Shown: positions 1 through 8,508 of the stretch, one piece after another | How positions within the stretch are numbered: the stretch's first letter is position 1 | How the letters are laid out: each line of letters starts with the position of its first letter | Assembly (NCBI GenBank): GCA_030696045.1 | Contig: JAUYNO010000055.1 | Coordinates: forward strand, 46,175-110,174 | Length of the DNA stretch: 64,000 nucleotides | Direction: 5' to 3' | DNA from: Stagnimonas sp. | GTDB taxonomy: Bacteria; Pseudomonadota; Gammaproteobacteria; Nevskiales; Nevskiaceae | Translations under genes and position numbers: made by a program | Notes under the pieces: generated by a model | Told to the model about the DNA's origin: nothing | The model's database searches: none | The model's input: the letters and a program-made list of their open reading frames with translations, nothing else

Positions 1-811
1 GGCCGGCGCCGGCACTGCCGAGGGCCAGGCCCAGCGCCTGCCAGCGCAGCACCTCGGCGACACTCAGGGGCGCGGCGAAGCCCAGGGCCTTGCCGTATTC
101 CGGAGCCAGGTTCACGAACAGCGCCGAGACGTACCAGATCGGCACCCCGACCAGGATGACCGCGACGAAGCGGCGGCGCAGCACCGCGTCCCCGAGCAGG
201 CGCCGCAGGCTGCCGGCATCGGCCCGGCCCGGCTGGAACAGGGCCGACTCGGTCAGCACCCGCAGCCGCAGCGCCAGCACCCCCAGACCCAGGCCGCCAC
301 CGATCAGGTAGGCCGTGCGCCAGTCCAGCCACTGCCCGACATAGGACGCGACCAGGGCGCCGACCAGGCCGAGGAAGGAGATCACCGTGGTGCCGTAGCC
401 GCGCGCGCGCTTGGGCAAGAGTTCGGCGATCAGCGTGATGCCGGCGCCCAGCTCGCCGGCCAGACCGATCCCGGCCAGCAGGCGCAGCAGGGCGTACTGC
501 TCGACGCTGGTGACGAAGGCATTGGCGATGTTGGCCAGAGAGTAGAGCGCGATGGTGGCGATCAGCGCGCGCCGGCGGCCATAGCGGTCCCCGACCCAGC
601 CCCAAAAGAAGCCGCCGATCAGCATGCCGGCCATCTGCAGGTTGAGCAGGGCCAGACCCCAGTCGGTGTTGGCCTGCCCCACCACCCCCAGTTCGCGCAG
701 CGAGGCGACCCGGACGACGCCGAAGATGACAATGTCGTAGAGATCGACGAAGTAGCCCAGCGCCGCCGCCACGACCGCCAGCAGCTGGGCCTTGCGCGTC
801 GTAGGGTTCAC
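1..811 (-). CDS. MFS transporter (N-terminal part; runs off the window start)
   Basis: Not in the ORF track; read by hand from GTG 811 (TTG 820 possible): VNPTTRKAQLLAVVAAALGYFVDLYDIVIFG...GGFFWGWVGDRYGRR...LAGIGLAGELG, i.e. MFS motif A (GDRYGRR) and a TM4-type motif. Confidence 0.88.
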   Translation of the reverse strand, partial: MNPTTRKAQLLAVVAAALGYFVDLYDIVIFGVVRVASLRELGVVGQANTDWGLALLNLQMAGMLIGGFFWGWVGDRYGRRRALIATIALYSLANIANAFVTSVEQYALLRLLAGIGLAGELGAGITLIAELLPKRARGYGTTVISFLGLVGALVASYVGQWLDWRTAYLIGGGLGLGVLALRLRVLTESALFQPGRADAGSLRRLLGDAVLRRRFVAVILVGVPIWYVSALFVNLAPEYGKALGFAAPLSVAEVLRWQALGLALGSAGAG

Positions 812-818
812 TGAGTCC

Positions 819-961
819 AAAGCCCGTGAAGAAATCGTAGCGAGCATGGCCTGCTGCAAGGAATAGCAGCGCAGCAAGCGCAGCGCACTCCAGTGCGTGA
901 GCATTGCGAGCAGCGCGTGACGCCGCAGCAGGTCAGCGCAGTAGATTTATTCACGGGCTTT
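819..961. mobile_element. MITE-like element (143 bp) with 18-bp terminal inverted repeats
   Basis: AAAGCCCGTGAAGAAATC (819-836) and GATTTATTCACGGGCTTT (944-961) are inverted repeats with 1 mismatch. The element fills the phaB-MFS gap and encodes no transposase. Confidence 0.65.
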
Positions 962-1695
962 CATGCCGACATGAACAGGCCGCCGTTCACCGGGATGTTG
1001 GCGCCGGTGATGTAGCCGGCCTGTTCGGCGCAGAGAAAGACGACCACCCGCGCGATCTCCGCCGGCAAGGCCAGGCGCCCGAGCGGGATCTGCGCCCGGA
1101 TCTTGGCCAGCAGCTCGGGCCGGATCGCCGCCGTCATCGGCGTCTCGACATAGCCGGGCGACACGGTGTTGACGGTCACGCCCTGCCCCGCCCCTTCCTG
1201 CGCCAGCGCCATGCTGAACCCGTGCAGGCCGGCCTTGGCCGCCGAGTAGTTGGCCTGGCCGAACTGACCCTTCTGACCGTTCACCGAGGCGATGTTGACG
1301 ATGCGGCCGTAGCCGCGCGCGCACATTCCGGTGAACAGCGGCTGGGTGACGTAGAAGGCGGCGTCGAGATTGGTGCCGATCACCTCGCGCCACTGGCTCG
1401 GGCTCATCCTGGCGAAGCGGGCGTCGCGGGTGATGCCGGCGGCATTGACCAGCACCGCGTAGCCGCCGTCCTGCTGCTCCAGCGCGCAGACCAACTGGCT
1501 GGCGGCCTCACCATCGGCCAGATCGCAGAACGCGATCTCGACCGCTTCGAGCCGCGAGCGCAGCTCGGCCAGCCCTGGCTGCTCGGAGGGATGGCCGATC
1601 ACCGTCACCGCCATGCCGTCGTCGCGCAGCTGGCGCGCGATCTCCGCACCGATGGCGCCGGTGCCGCCGGTCACCAGGGCTCGGCGCCGGCTCAT
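961..1695 (-). CDS. phaB: Acetoacetyl-CoA reductase (SDR family)
   Basis: TGGTGAIG NAD(P)-binding motif, NAAGITRD, SVNGQKGQFGQANYSAAKAG (YxxxK), and a C-terminal GANIPVNGG end typical of PhaB/PhbB. Confidence 0.85.
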   Translation of the reverse strand: MSRRRALVTGGTGAIGAEIARQLRDDGMAVTVIGHPSEQPGLAELRSRLEAVEIAFCDLADGEAASQLVCALEQQDGGYAVLVNAAGITRDARFARMSPSQWREVIGTNLDAAFYVTQPLFTGMCARGYGRIVNIASVNGQKGQFGQANYSAAKAGLHGFSMALAQEGAGQGVTVNTVSPGYVETPMTAAIRPELLAKIRAQIPLGRLALPAEIARVVVFLCAEQAGYITGANIPVNGGLFMSA

Positions 1696-1696
1696 C

Positions 1697-3148
1697 TCAG
1701 CGCCCCTTCCCGCGGCGGCCGGCGTACTGCTCGGGGGCCGTGGGGTCGAGCTGCCGCTCCAGGCTGTACATGGCTTCTTCCTTTTCCAGGCTGATGTCGA
1801 AGTCCAGCACCAGGGGCTTCGACTGCCGGCCGTCCGGCGTGATCGCCACCGCCTGCAAGCGCAGCGGCGCGGCGATATAGATCGGATGCCCGGCCTGGTA
1901 CAGCGCCGAACCGCTGGCCGGCGCGGTGCCGCTGGTGGTGTAGGTGATGAAGGCGGCCGGGTCGCTGCTTTCCAGGCGCACTTCCTGAGCCTGGGCGTAG
2001 ACGCCGCCGGCCGGGGTCGCGGTGAGCGTCGGCTCGCCTGCGGACCGGTAGCCGGCCTGGCGGGCGAACCGCAGCAGGGGGCTGGCGAGGCCGCTCTGGG
2101 GATCCAGCGCGAAGCAGCTGACTGGCGACTCCGCGCCCAGGCTCAGCTCCTGGACGGCCGGCGTGCTCCGCTGCGGATACTGCCCGCCCGCCGCGCAATG
2201 CAGGCCGGCGCTGGCGGGCTCCGGCCGCAGCCGGTCACCGCTGCGCAGCACGCGCGGCGCGCGCGCCCGGGGCAAGGGCTCGCCGCTGTCGGCGAGGAAT
2301 TTCAGCATCGCGTCCATGGTCGCCGGCTCCCGGGGCAGGTCCATGTGGTCGAACCAGCGGCCCCGCTCCCGGTTGAACGCCAGGTTGTAGGCCCCGTCCA
2401 GCGCCGGGCTGTCCTGGTAGGGCTTGGGGTAGAACACATCGCCCCAGCCGCTGCCGTCGTAGAGCGTCATGTAGCGGGTCGGCCCCGGGGTCTCGCCCAG
2501 GCGGTTGAGCTGGGCCAGCCAGGGCGAGCCCGGCGCCAGCTCCCAGGACGCCGCGCGCTGCTGGCCGCGTGGATAGGCGCTGGCGGTCCACACCCCGTGG
2601 TTGCCACCGGCGGCGCCGATGAAGTTGCGCACCCGGTGGAAGCTGTTGGTCTGCATCATCCATTGCCGCACCAGGGTGACGCCCAGCGAGTGGCTGATGA
2701 TGTCGACCTGGCGCACCGGCACCCCGCGCCGCTTCGACAGGTAGTCCATGACGCTGTTGACGATGCGGTCGATGCTGGCGACCGAGAGATCGTTGGAGTC
2801 GAAATAATGGACGTGGTCCCAGCCATGCCCCAGGGCCCAGAGCTCGTCCTTGCCGTAGCCCTGCGCCAGGAAGTACTCGCGCGCCGGCAGCCAGTAGCGG
2901 GCCGACACGGTGTTGCCGTGGACGAAGATCACCGGCGTGCGATACACGCCGCTCGACTCGCCGCCGCCGAAGCCCGGCATCGGCAACTCGGTCTCGGCTG
3001 AGCGCGGCGGCGTGTAGTCGGGCGGAAAATCACGCAGCTCCGGCACCGGCTGCCCGAGCGCCGGCAGCAGCACCTGGCGCGGCGGGATACAGGCGCTCAG
3101 CGCCAGCAGCAGGCCCAGGCCCAGCGCGCGCAGCGCGGTCGGGCTCAC
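1697..3148 (-). CDS. Lipoprotein alpha/beta hydrolase (Lipase_2 / PhaZ7-like) with C-terminal chitobiase/Fn3-associated Ig-like domain
   Basis: Lipobox LLALSAC; oxyanion segment PVIFVHGN; nucleophile elbow DIISHSLG; candidate Asp (YDGSGWGDV) and His (FDHMDL). The C-terminal ATPAGGVY...ITYTTSGTAP...LRLQAVA matches the CHB_HEX_C/Fn3-associated pattern. Confidence 0.75.
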   Translation of the reverse strand: MSPTALRALGLGLLLALSACIPPRQVLLPALGQPVPELRDFPPDYTPPRSAETELPMPGFGGGESSGVYRTPVIFVHGNTVSARYWLPAREYFLAQGYGKDELWALGHGWDHVHYFDSNDLSVASIDRIVNSVMDYLSKRRGVPVRQVDIISHSLGVTLVRQWMMQTNSFHRVRNFIGAAGGNHGVWTASAYPRGQQRAASWELAPGSPWLAQLNRLGETPGPTRYMTLYDGSGWGDVFYPKPYQDSPALDGAYNLAFNRERGRWFDHMDLPREPATMDAMLKFLADSGEPLPRARAPRVLRSGDRLRPEPASAGLHCAAGGQYPQRSTPAVQELSLGAESPVSCFALDPQSGLASPLLRFARQAGYRSAGEPTLTATPAGGVYAQAQEVRLESSDPAAFITYTTSGTAPASGSALYQAGHPIYIAAPLRLQAVAITPDGRQSKPLVLDFDISLEKEEAMYSLERQLDPTAPEQYAGRRGKGR

Positions 3149-4377
3149 GGCGCCCAGAACAGGTAGACGAAGCGCAGCTCGGCGTAGGGCGAGGCCGAGG
3201 CGGCGGCGGCTTCCTGCACCCCGAACAGGGTGGTGCTTAGCTGCGAGATCGAGTTGTCGCCGGTGCCGTTGTTGTTGCGGTCAGCGCCCGGGCAGTCACT
3301 CACGCCGCAGACGTCGTAGATCACGTCGATCTGGCTGCCGCGCCCCGAGATCGGCTTGGCGATGCGGAACTGCAATACCGAGGAACTGCGATAGACGTAG
3401 GAAATGCCGGCGCTGAGCAGGGTCGCCTGCACGCCCCGGTCCTCGTAGGGGCCGCTGCGCGGTGCCAGATAGAAGGCGTCCAGCGCCGGCGTGTTGCAGA
3501 CATCGGAGCCCAGCCCGAGCGCGGCGCATAGGGTATCCGGCGCCAGCGGCTGATCCTTGAAGTTGACCGTGACCTGGTCGTAACCGTTGTGCCCCACCGA
3601 CTTGTGGAAGGAATAGCCAATGTCGGCGAACCAGTGCTCGCTGAACTTCCAGGCGAAGTTGGCCTCGGCGTTCCACCAGTCGGCGATCCGCGTCGGCGTG
3701 GTGCCGCCGAAGGAGGGATGGGAATTGTCGCCGTTGAACTGGTAGGCCACGGTGGCATCGACGAACAGGCGCCCGAACAGCTCGCCGTGGAAGGCCAGCT
3801 GCGGAATCACGCTGCGGTAGTTGGTGCCGATATTGAGCATGGCATCGGTGTCGTACTCGCCCAGCGGCTCCTTGAACGTGGTCGCGAACAGGCCGTTGAA
3901 CTTCACCGGACCCAGGCGGTACTCGCTGCTGTAGATGCCGCAGAGCCCATACAGATCGAGCAGGCCGTTGCTGCCGGGCCGGGCGCCGAACAGGCGGCCC
4001 CGGTCGGCGATCTGCTCGGTGTTCTGCTGGTAGCCGAAGCCACTGATCAGCCGACAGAACTGCGAGTGGTCGCGCAGGTAGGGAATGCCGGTATCGCGAA
4101 AGACATTGCCGACCCACAGCACCTTGAACAGCGCCAGGCCGACATCGGTGCTCGCCCCAGCCGGCACGAAGGGCACGCCGACGCGGACGGTATTGCCCTC
4201 GCGGTCGAACACCTTCTCGATCTCCGAGAAGATGAAGGTGGTCTCGGTGTAGGTCCCGTTCGCCTGCACCGCGTACTCCGACAGATGCGGGGTGAAGATC
4301 AGCCCGGCCTGCGCCCGCGCCGGCTGCAGGGCCAGCGCCAGCACCAGGCCGACGATCAGCGTGTGCAGCCGGGGCAT
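3145..4377 (-). CDS. COG4313 (Phenol_MetA_deg-like) outer-membrane beta-barrel channel
   Basis: Start moved to ATG 4377 (MPRLHTLIVGLVLALALQPARA, signal peptide). Carries the family-type motif PLGEYDTDAMLNIGTN, amphipathic beta-strands and an aromatic C-terminus (RFVYLFWAP). Stop overlaps the lipase start. Confidence 0.65.
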   Translation of the reverse strand: MPRLHTLIVGLVLALALQPARAQAGLIFTPHLSEYAVQANGTYTETTFIFSEIEKVFDREGNTVRVGVPFVPAGASTDVGLALFKVLWVGNVFRDTGIPYLRDHSQFCRLISGFGYQQNTEQIADRGRLFGARPGSNGLLDLYGLCGIYSSEYRLGPVKFNGLFATTFKEPLGEYDTDAMLNIGTNYRSVIPQLAFHGELFGRLFVDATVAYQFNGDNSHPSFGGTTPTRIADWWNAEANFAWKFSEHWFADIGYSFHKSVGHNGYDQVTVNFKDQPLAPDTLCAALGLGSDVCNTPALDAFYLAPRSGPYEDRGVQATLLSAGISYVYRSSSVLQFRIAKPISGRGSQIDVIYDVCGVSDCPGADRNNNGTGDNSISQLSTTLFGVQEAAAASASPYAELRFVYLFWAP

Positions 4378-5609
4378 GGGTAGGCGTCTCCGAGTCCGAA
4401 CTGCCAGGCCAGGCTCAGGGCCCAGCGCGGCGAGGCATAGCTGCGCGCCGCGCCCAGGCCGTCCACCAGCACCGTGCCGCCCTCGCTGAGCACGCAGCCG
4501 ACACCACCCGGCACGCAACCGGCCGGGGTGCGGTCGGTATAGGGCAGCAGGAACTGGCCGCTCTTGCCGGACAGGGGCTGGCTGTAATGCAGGCCCAGCA
4601 GCAGGCGCTGGCTAGCGAACCACTGCAGGCCGCCGCCGACTTCCCGCAAGGCGGTGCCGCCGTCGCGATAGCTGCCGGGGGTCGGGAAGTTGTCGGACAG
4701 CAGTTCGGCCGGGTCCGGCGCCACCACCACCGGCGCGGGTGCATTGGGCGAGAAGCGCGGGTTCTCGTACAGATTGCGGCCACCGTGGCGGTCGTAGCCG
4801 TAGGCCGTCAGATAGACGCCCGACCAGAGCCGCTGGCTGAGGCTGAGGTCGATGATGCGATCGTCGCCTTGGTTGGCGGGTTCGAGCGCGCCGAAGGCCG
4901 GGTCGTAGTTCTGGAAATACTCGCGATAGCGGATGCCGGCCTCGATATAGCTGCCGGGGCGCGGCTGCCAGTGCCCGCCGAGCTGGACCTGCGCGGCCCA
5001 GGTATTGCGGCCGCTGCTGGCGGGCGCATCGCGGTCGTAGCTGCCGAACGGCGCGGTCAGCCCCAGCAGGGCCAACAGCGAATAGGGCGGCCGGGCGCCG
5101 CCGCGGGTGGCGCTCACCGGCGCGCCGAGCAGGAAGCTGCCGAACTCGAAACCTAGGTCGCCTAGGCCACTGCCGTTGTTGCGCAGATCGTCGGCCTCGG
5201 TGCTGGCATCGTCGGAGCTATCGGCGACGAAATCGGCGAGCACGCCGCGGGTGCGCACCCGGTTATGGCGCAGTGTCAGCCGCGCCAGGTGGGTGCGGCT
5301 GGACAGGAAGGGAATGCCCTCGCCCTCGAACAGCGGAAAGTGCCAGTTGAACCGGGCGGTGAAGCTGCTCTCGGGAAACGCGCTCTGGCCACCGGCCTGC
5401 GGCGCGGCGCTGGGCTGCTCATGGCCCTGCTGATCGTAGCTGCGGTCGCGGTCGTCCTGGCCGTAGCTGGTTTCGAGATACAGCCCCGGATGCAGCGGCA
5501 GGTAACGGCCGAACGCGGGCGGCGGATCGGCCGCCAGCGCCGGGGTGATGCACAGCAGGGCCGGCAGCGCCAGCAGCGCCCGGCAAGCGGGTGACCATCG
5601 ACAGCTCAT
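4356..5609 (-). CDS. COG4313 (Phenol_MetA_deg-like) outer-membrane beta-barrel channel
   Basis: Signal peptide; motifs SGLGDL and APFGSYDRDAPASSGRNTW; alternating beta-strands; Cys-containing loops and tail (CVPGGVGC, CPGCTR). Overlaps the next gene by 22 bp. Confidence 0.62.
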   Translation of the reverse strand: MSCRWSPACRALLALPALLCITPALAADPPPAFGRYLPLHPGLYLETSYGQDDRDRSYDQQGHEQPSAAPQAGGQSAFPESSFTARFNWHFPLFEGEGIPFLSSRTHLARLTLRHNRVRTRGVLADFVADSSDDASTEADDLRNNGSGLGDLGFEFGSFLLGAPVSATRGGARPPYSLLALLGLTAPFGSYDRDAPASSGRNTWAAQVQLGGHWQPRPGSYIEAGIRYREYFQNYDPAFGALEPANQGDDRIIDLSLSQRLWSGVYLTAYGYDRHGGRNLYENPRFSPNAPAPVVVAPDPAELLSDNFPTPGSYRDGGTALREVGGGLQWFASQRLLLGLHYSQPLSGKSGQFLLPYTDRTPAGCVPGGVGCVLSEGGTVLVDGLGAARSYASPRWALSLAWQFGLGDAYPCPGCTR

Positions 5610-5767
5610 CAGCGGTGCCTACTCCGTCCAGTGGGTGGTGTTCCCCGGAACCACCACCGATCCGCGCTCCCGTGTCGGACCGGGCCCGGTCATCCTTGAA
5701 CCAGCCCTGCGTATTTTGATACCTCTCGCGGGGCGCAGCTTATCGCGGCCGGCGCCGCTTGTGGCGG

Positions 5768-6694
5768 CTACTGCAGCACCACCCCGCGCTCGGCGAGCCG
5801 GGCGCGCAAGGCCGGCAGCGCCGCCTGGGCAGCGCGCTCGCCGGCGAGGATGGCGCGGTGCTTGCCCTCGAAGTCGGTGGAGCTGACGTCGCGCATGTCC
5901 GGCACCACCAGCACATCGGCCAGCGGGTACTCGGACTCGCGGATGGTCTTGCCCATGATCCCGAAAGTCTTCATCACCACGTCGAGCTTGCCCTGGGCCT
6001 CGCGCTGGTCCGGCGGCGCGGCGACATCCACCGCGATCACGAAGTCGGCGCCCATCTGCCGGGCATAGCGGATCGGCACCACGCTGACCAGGCCGCCATC
6101 GACATAGTCCTCCTCGCCAATGCGGGCCGGCGTGAACACCCCCGGCACGGCGGACGAGGCCTGCACCGCCAGGCCGGTTTCGCCGCGCTCGAACAGCACC
6201 GCCTCGCCGGTCTTGAGCTTGACCCCGACGCAGGCGAAGCGCGGCTTGAGCTGTTGCAAGGTCTTGTTCTTCACCGCCTGGTTGATGAACAGGCGCAGGG
6301 CGTCGCCCTTGATCAGGCCCTTGCCGAACAGGGTCCAGTCGGAAACCGTGGCGCGGTCGAGATCGAAGGCGATCTGCTGCAGGTCGAAGCCCGAGTAGCC
6401 GGCGGTGTAGAGCGCGCCGGCGACACTGCCGGCGCTGGTGCCGACCACGATCTCCGGCTTCAGACCATGGCTTTCCAGCACCTTGATGACGCCGATGTGG
6501 GCGAAGCCGCGTGCCGCGCCACCACCCAGGGCCAGGCCGATCCTTGGCGGCGGCGGTGGCGTGGGCTGCACCACCGGCGGTGGCTCTACCGGCGGCGGCA
6601 CCGGCTTCGCGCCGAACAGGCCGCAGCTGGCCAGCAGCAGCGGCAGCAACGGGGCCAGGGCTCGCCACGGCAGGCGGGCACGAATCTGGGACAT
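5768..6694 (-). CDS. Patatin-like phospholipase, predicted lipoprotein
   Basis: Start moved to ATG 6694 (MSQIRARLPWRALAPLLPLLLASC, lipobox). Has GLALGGGAARG, GTSAG (nucleophile) and DGG motifs, with a Pro-rich linker after the Cys. Confidence 0.88.
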   Translation of the reverse strand: MSQIRARLPWRALAPLLPLLLASCGLFGAKPVPPPVEPPPVVQPTPPPPPRIGLALGGGAARGFAHIGVIKVLESHGLKPEIVVGTSAGSVAGALYTAGYSGFDLQQIAFDLDRATVSDWTLFGKGLIKGDALRLFINQAVKNKTLQQLKPRFACVGVKLKTGEAVLFERGETGLAVQASSAVPGVFTPARIGEEDYVDGGLVSVVPIRYARQMGADFVIAVDVAAPPDQREAQGKLDVVMKTFGIMGKTIRESEYPLADVLVVPDMRDVSSTDFEGKHRAILAGERAAQAALPALRARLAERGVVLQ

Positions 6695-6800
6695 GGGAAG
6701 GCAGGCAATCCTTGAAGTGCGGCGATTGTAAGCGGCGGCTTCGCTTCGCGGCCGGCATCGGCGATGCTTTCGGCCTGCTCCGCCACGCCCGAGTACCGCC

Positions 6801-8504
6801 ATGCGCCAACTGCTCTGCCTGCTACTTGTCGCCACCACCCTGCCCGCCCTGGCCGGTGATCGGGTCACCGGGCGCGGCTTCGCCAGCCGCAGCGAGGTGA
6901 TCGCCCTGCACGGCATGGCGGCGACCAGCCATCCGCTCGCCACCAATGCCGCGCTCGACATCCTCAAGGCCGGCGGCAGCGCGGTGGATGCCGCCATCGC
7001 CGCCAATGCCATGCTCGGTCTGGTCGAACCGACCGGCAATGGCGTCGGCGGCGACCTGTTCGCCATCGTCTGGGATGCGCGCACACGGCGGCTCCACGGG
7101 CTCAACGCAAGCGGTCGCTCGCCCAAGAGCCTGTCGCTGGAAAAGCTGCGCGAACTGCTGAAGGCGCAAGGCCTGGAGCGGCTGCCTCCGCTGGGGCCGC
7201 TGCCGGTCAGCGTGCCGGGCTGCGTCGACGGCTGGTTCGAGCTGCACGACCGGTTCGGCCGGCTGCCGATGAAGAAAATCCTGGCTCCCGCCATCCGCAC
7301 CGCCCGCGAGGGTCATCCGGTCAGCGAGCTGATTGCCTACTACTGGGGTCGCAGCCTGCCGAGGCTGTCGAAGTTCCCGGGCTACACCGAACAGATGACG
7401 CTGGCCGGCAAGGCGCCGAAGAAGGGCGAAATCTGGAAGAACCCGAATCTCGCCAACACCCTAGACACCATCGCCAGGGGCGGTCGCAAGGCCTTCTATC
7501 AGGGCGAGATCGCCAGGACGATTGCCGACTACCTGCAGGCGCAGGGCGGCTATCTATCGACCGAGGACCTCGCCAGTCACCGGAGCGAATGGGTAGAGCC
7601 GGTCTCGACCAACTATCGCGGCTACGAGGTCTGGGAACTGCCACCCAACTCGCAGGGCATTGCCGCGCTGCAGATGCTCAACCTGCTCGAAGCCTACGAC
7701 CTGGCCAAGGCCGGCTTCGGCAGTCCGGAGCACCTGCACTGGTTCATCGAGGCCAAGAAGATCGCCTTCGAGGACCGGGCGAAGTTCTATGCCGATCCGG
7801 CCTTCAACCAGTTGCCGGTCGCCGATCTCATCAGCAAGCCCTACGCCGAGCAGCGCCGCAAGCTGCTCGACCCGGCCAGGGCCGCCAAGCACTTCGACGC
7901 CGGCAATCCAGCCCTGCGCCAGGGCGACACCATCTACCTCACCACCGCCGACGCCGAGGGCAATATGGTGTCGCTGATCCAGAGCAACTATCGCGGCATG
8001 GGCAGCGGCATGACCCCGCCAGGCCTGGGCTTCATCCTGCAGGACCGGGGCGAAATGTTCAGCCTGGAAGATGGCCACGCCAACGTCTACGCACCGGGCA
8101 AGCGGCCGTTCCAGACCATCATCCCGGCCTTCATCACCAAGGACGGTTTACCCTGGGTCAGCTTCGGCGTGATGGGCGGCGACATGCAGCCGCAGGGCCA
8201 TGTGCAGATCGTGCTGAACCTGATCGACTTCGGCATGAACCTGCAGGAAGCCGGCGACGCGCCGCGCATCTACCACACCGGGTCGAGTGAACCCACTGGC
8301 GAGCGGATGACGGATGGCGGGGTGGTGAATCTGGAGAGCGGCTTTCCGCCCGAATCGGTGCGCAGCCTGCTCGACAAGGGCCACAAGCTCGGCTGGGACC
8401 TGGGCGGCTATGGCGGCTATCAGGCGATCCTGCGTGACCCCAAGACCGGCGCCTACTACGGGGCTTCGGAGTCGCGGAAGGATGGGATGGCGGCGGGGTA
8501 TTGA
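6801..8504 (+). CDS. ggt: Gamma-glutamyltransferase family protein, exported
   Basis: Signal peptide; GGSAVDAAIA, GVGGDLF, the autocleavage Thr in GDTIYLTTADAEGNMVSLIQS, PGKRPFQT, GVMGGDMQPQGH. Confidence 0.92.
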   Translation: MRQLLCLLLVATTLPALAGDRVTGRGFASRSEVIALHGMAATSHPLATNAALDILKAGGSAVDAAIAANAMLGLVEPTGNGVGGDLFAIVWDARTRRLHGLNASGRSPKSLSLEKLRELLKAQGLERLPPLGPLPVSVPGCVDGWFELHDRFGRLPMKKILAPAIRTAREGHPVSELIAYYWGRSLPRLSKFPGYTEQMTLAGKAPKKGEIWKNPNLANTLDTIARGGRKAFYQGEIARTIADYLQAQGGYLSTEDLASHRSEWVEPVSTNYRGYEVWELPPNSQGIAALQMLNLLEAYDLAKAGFGSPEHLHWFIEAKKIAFEDRAKFYADPAFNQLPVADLISKPYAEQRRKLLDPARAAKHFDAGNPALRQGDTIYLTTADAEGNMVSLIQSNYRGMGSGMTPPGLGFILQDRGEMFSLEDGHANVYAPGKRPFQTIIPAFITKDGLPWVSFGVMGGDMQPQGHVQIVLNLIDFGMNLQEAGDAPRIYHTGSSEPTGERMTDGGVVNLESGFPPESVRSLLDKGHKLGWDLGGYGGYQAILRDPKTGAYYGASESRKDGMAAGY

Positions 8505-8508
8505 AACA

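Noticed and set aside
4356-4377. Possible frameshift splitting one large outer-membrane protein
   Set aside because: Each ORF has its own signal peptide and its own copy of the family motif, so these are two genes with a short overlap.
5630-5700. Short palindromes upstream of the COG4313 operon (GTGGTGTTCC..GGAACCACCAC; ACCGGGCCCGGT)
   Set aside because: They could be operators or a weak terminator, but short GC-rich palindromes arise by chance and match no motif I can name.
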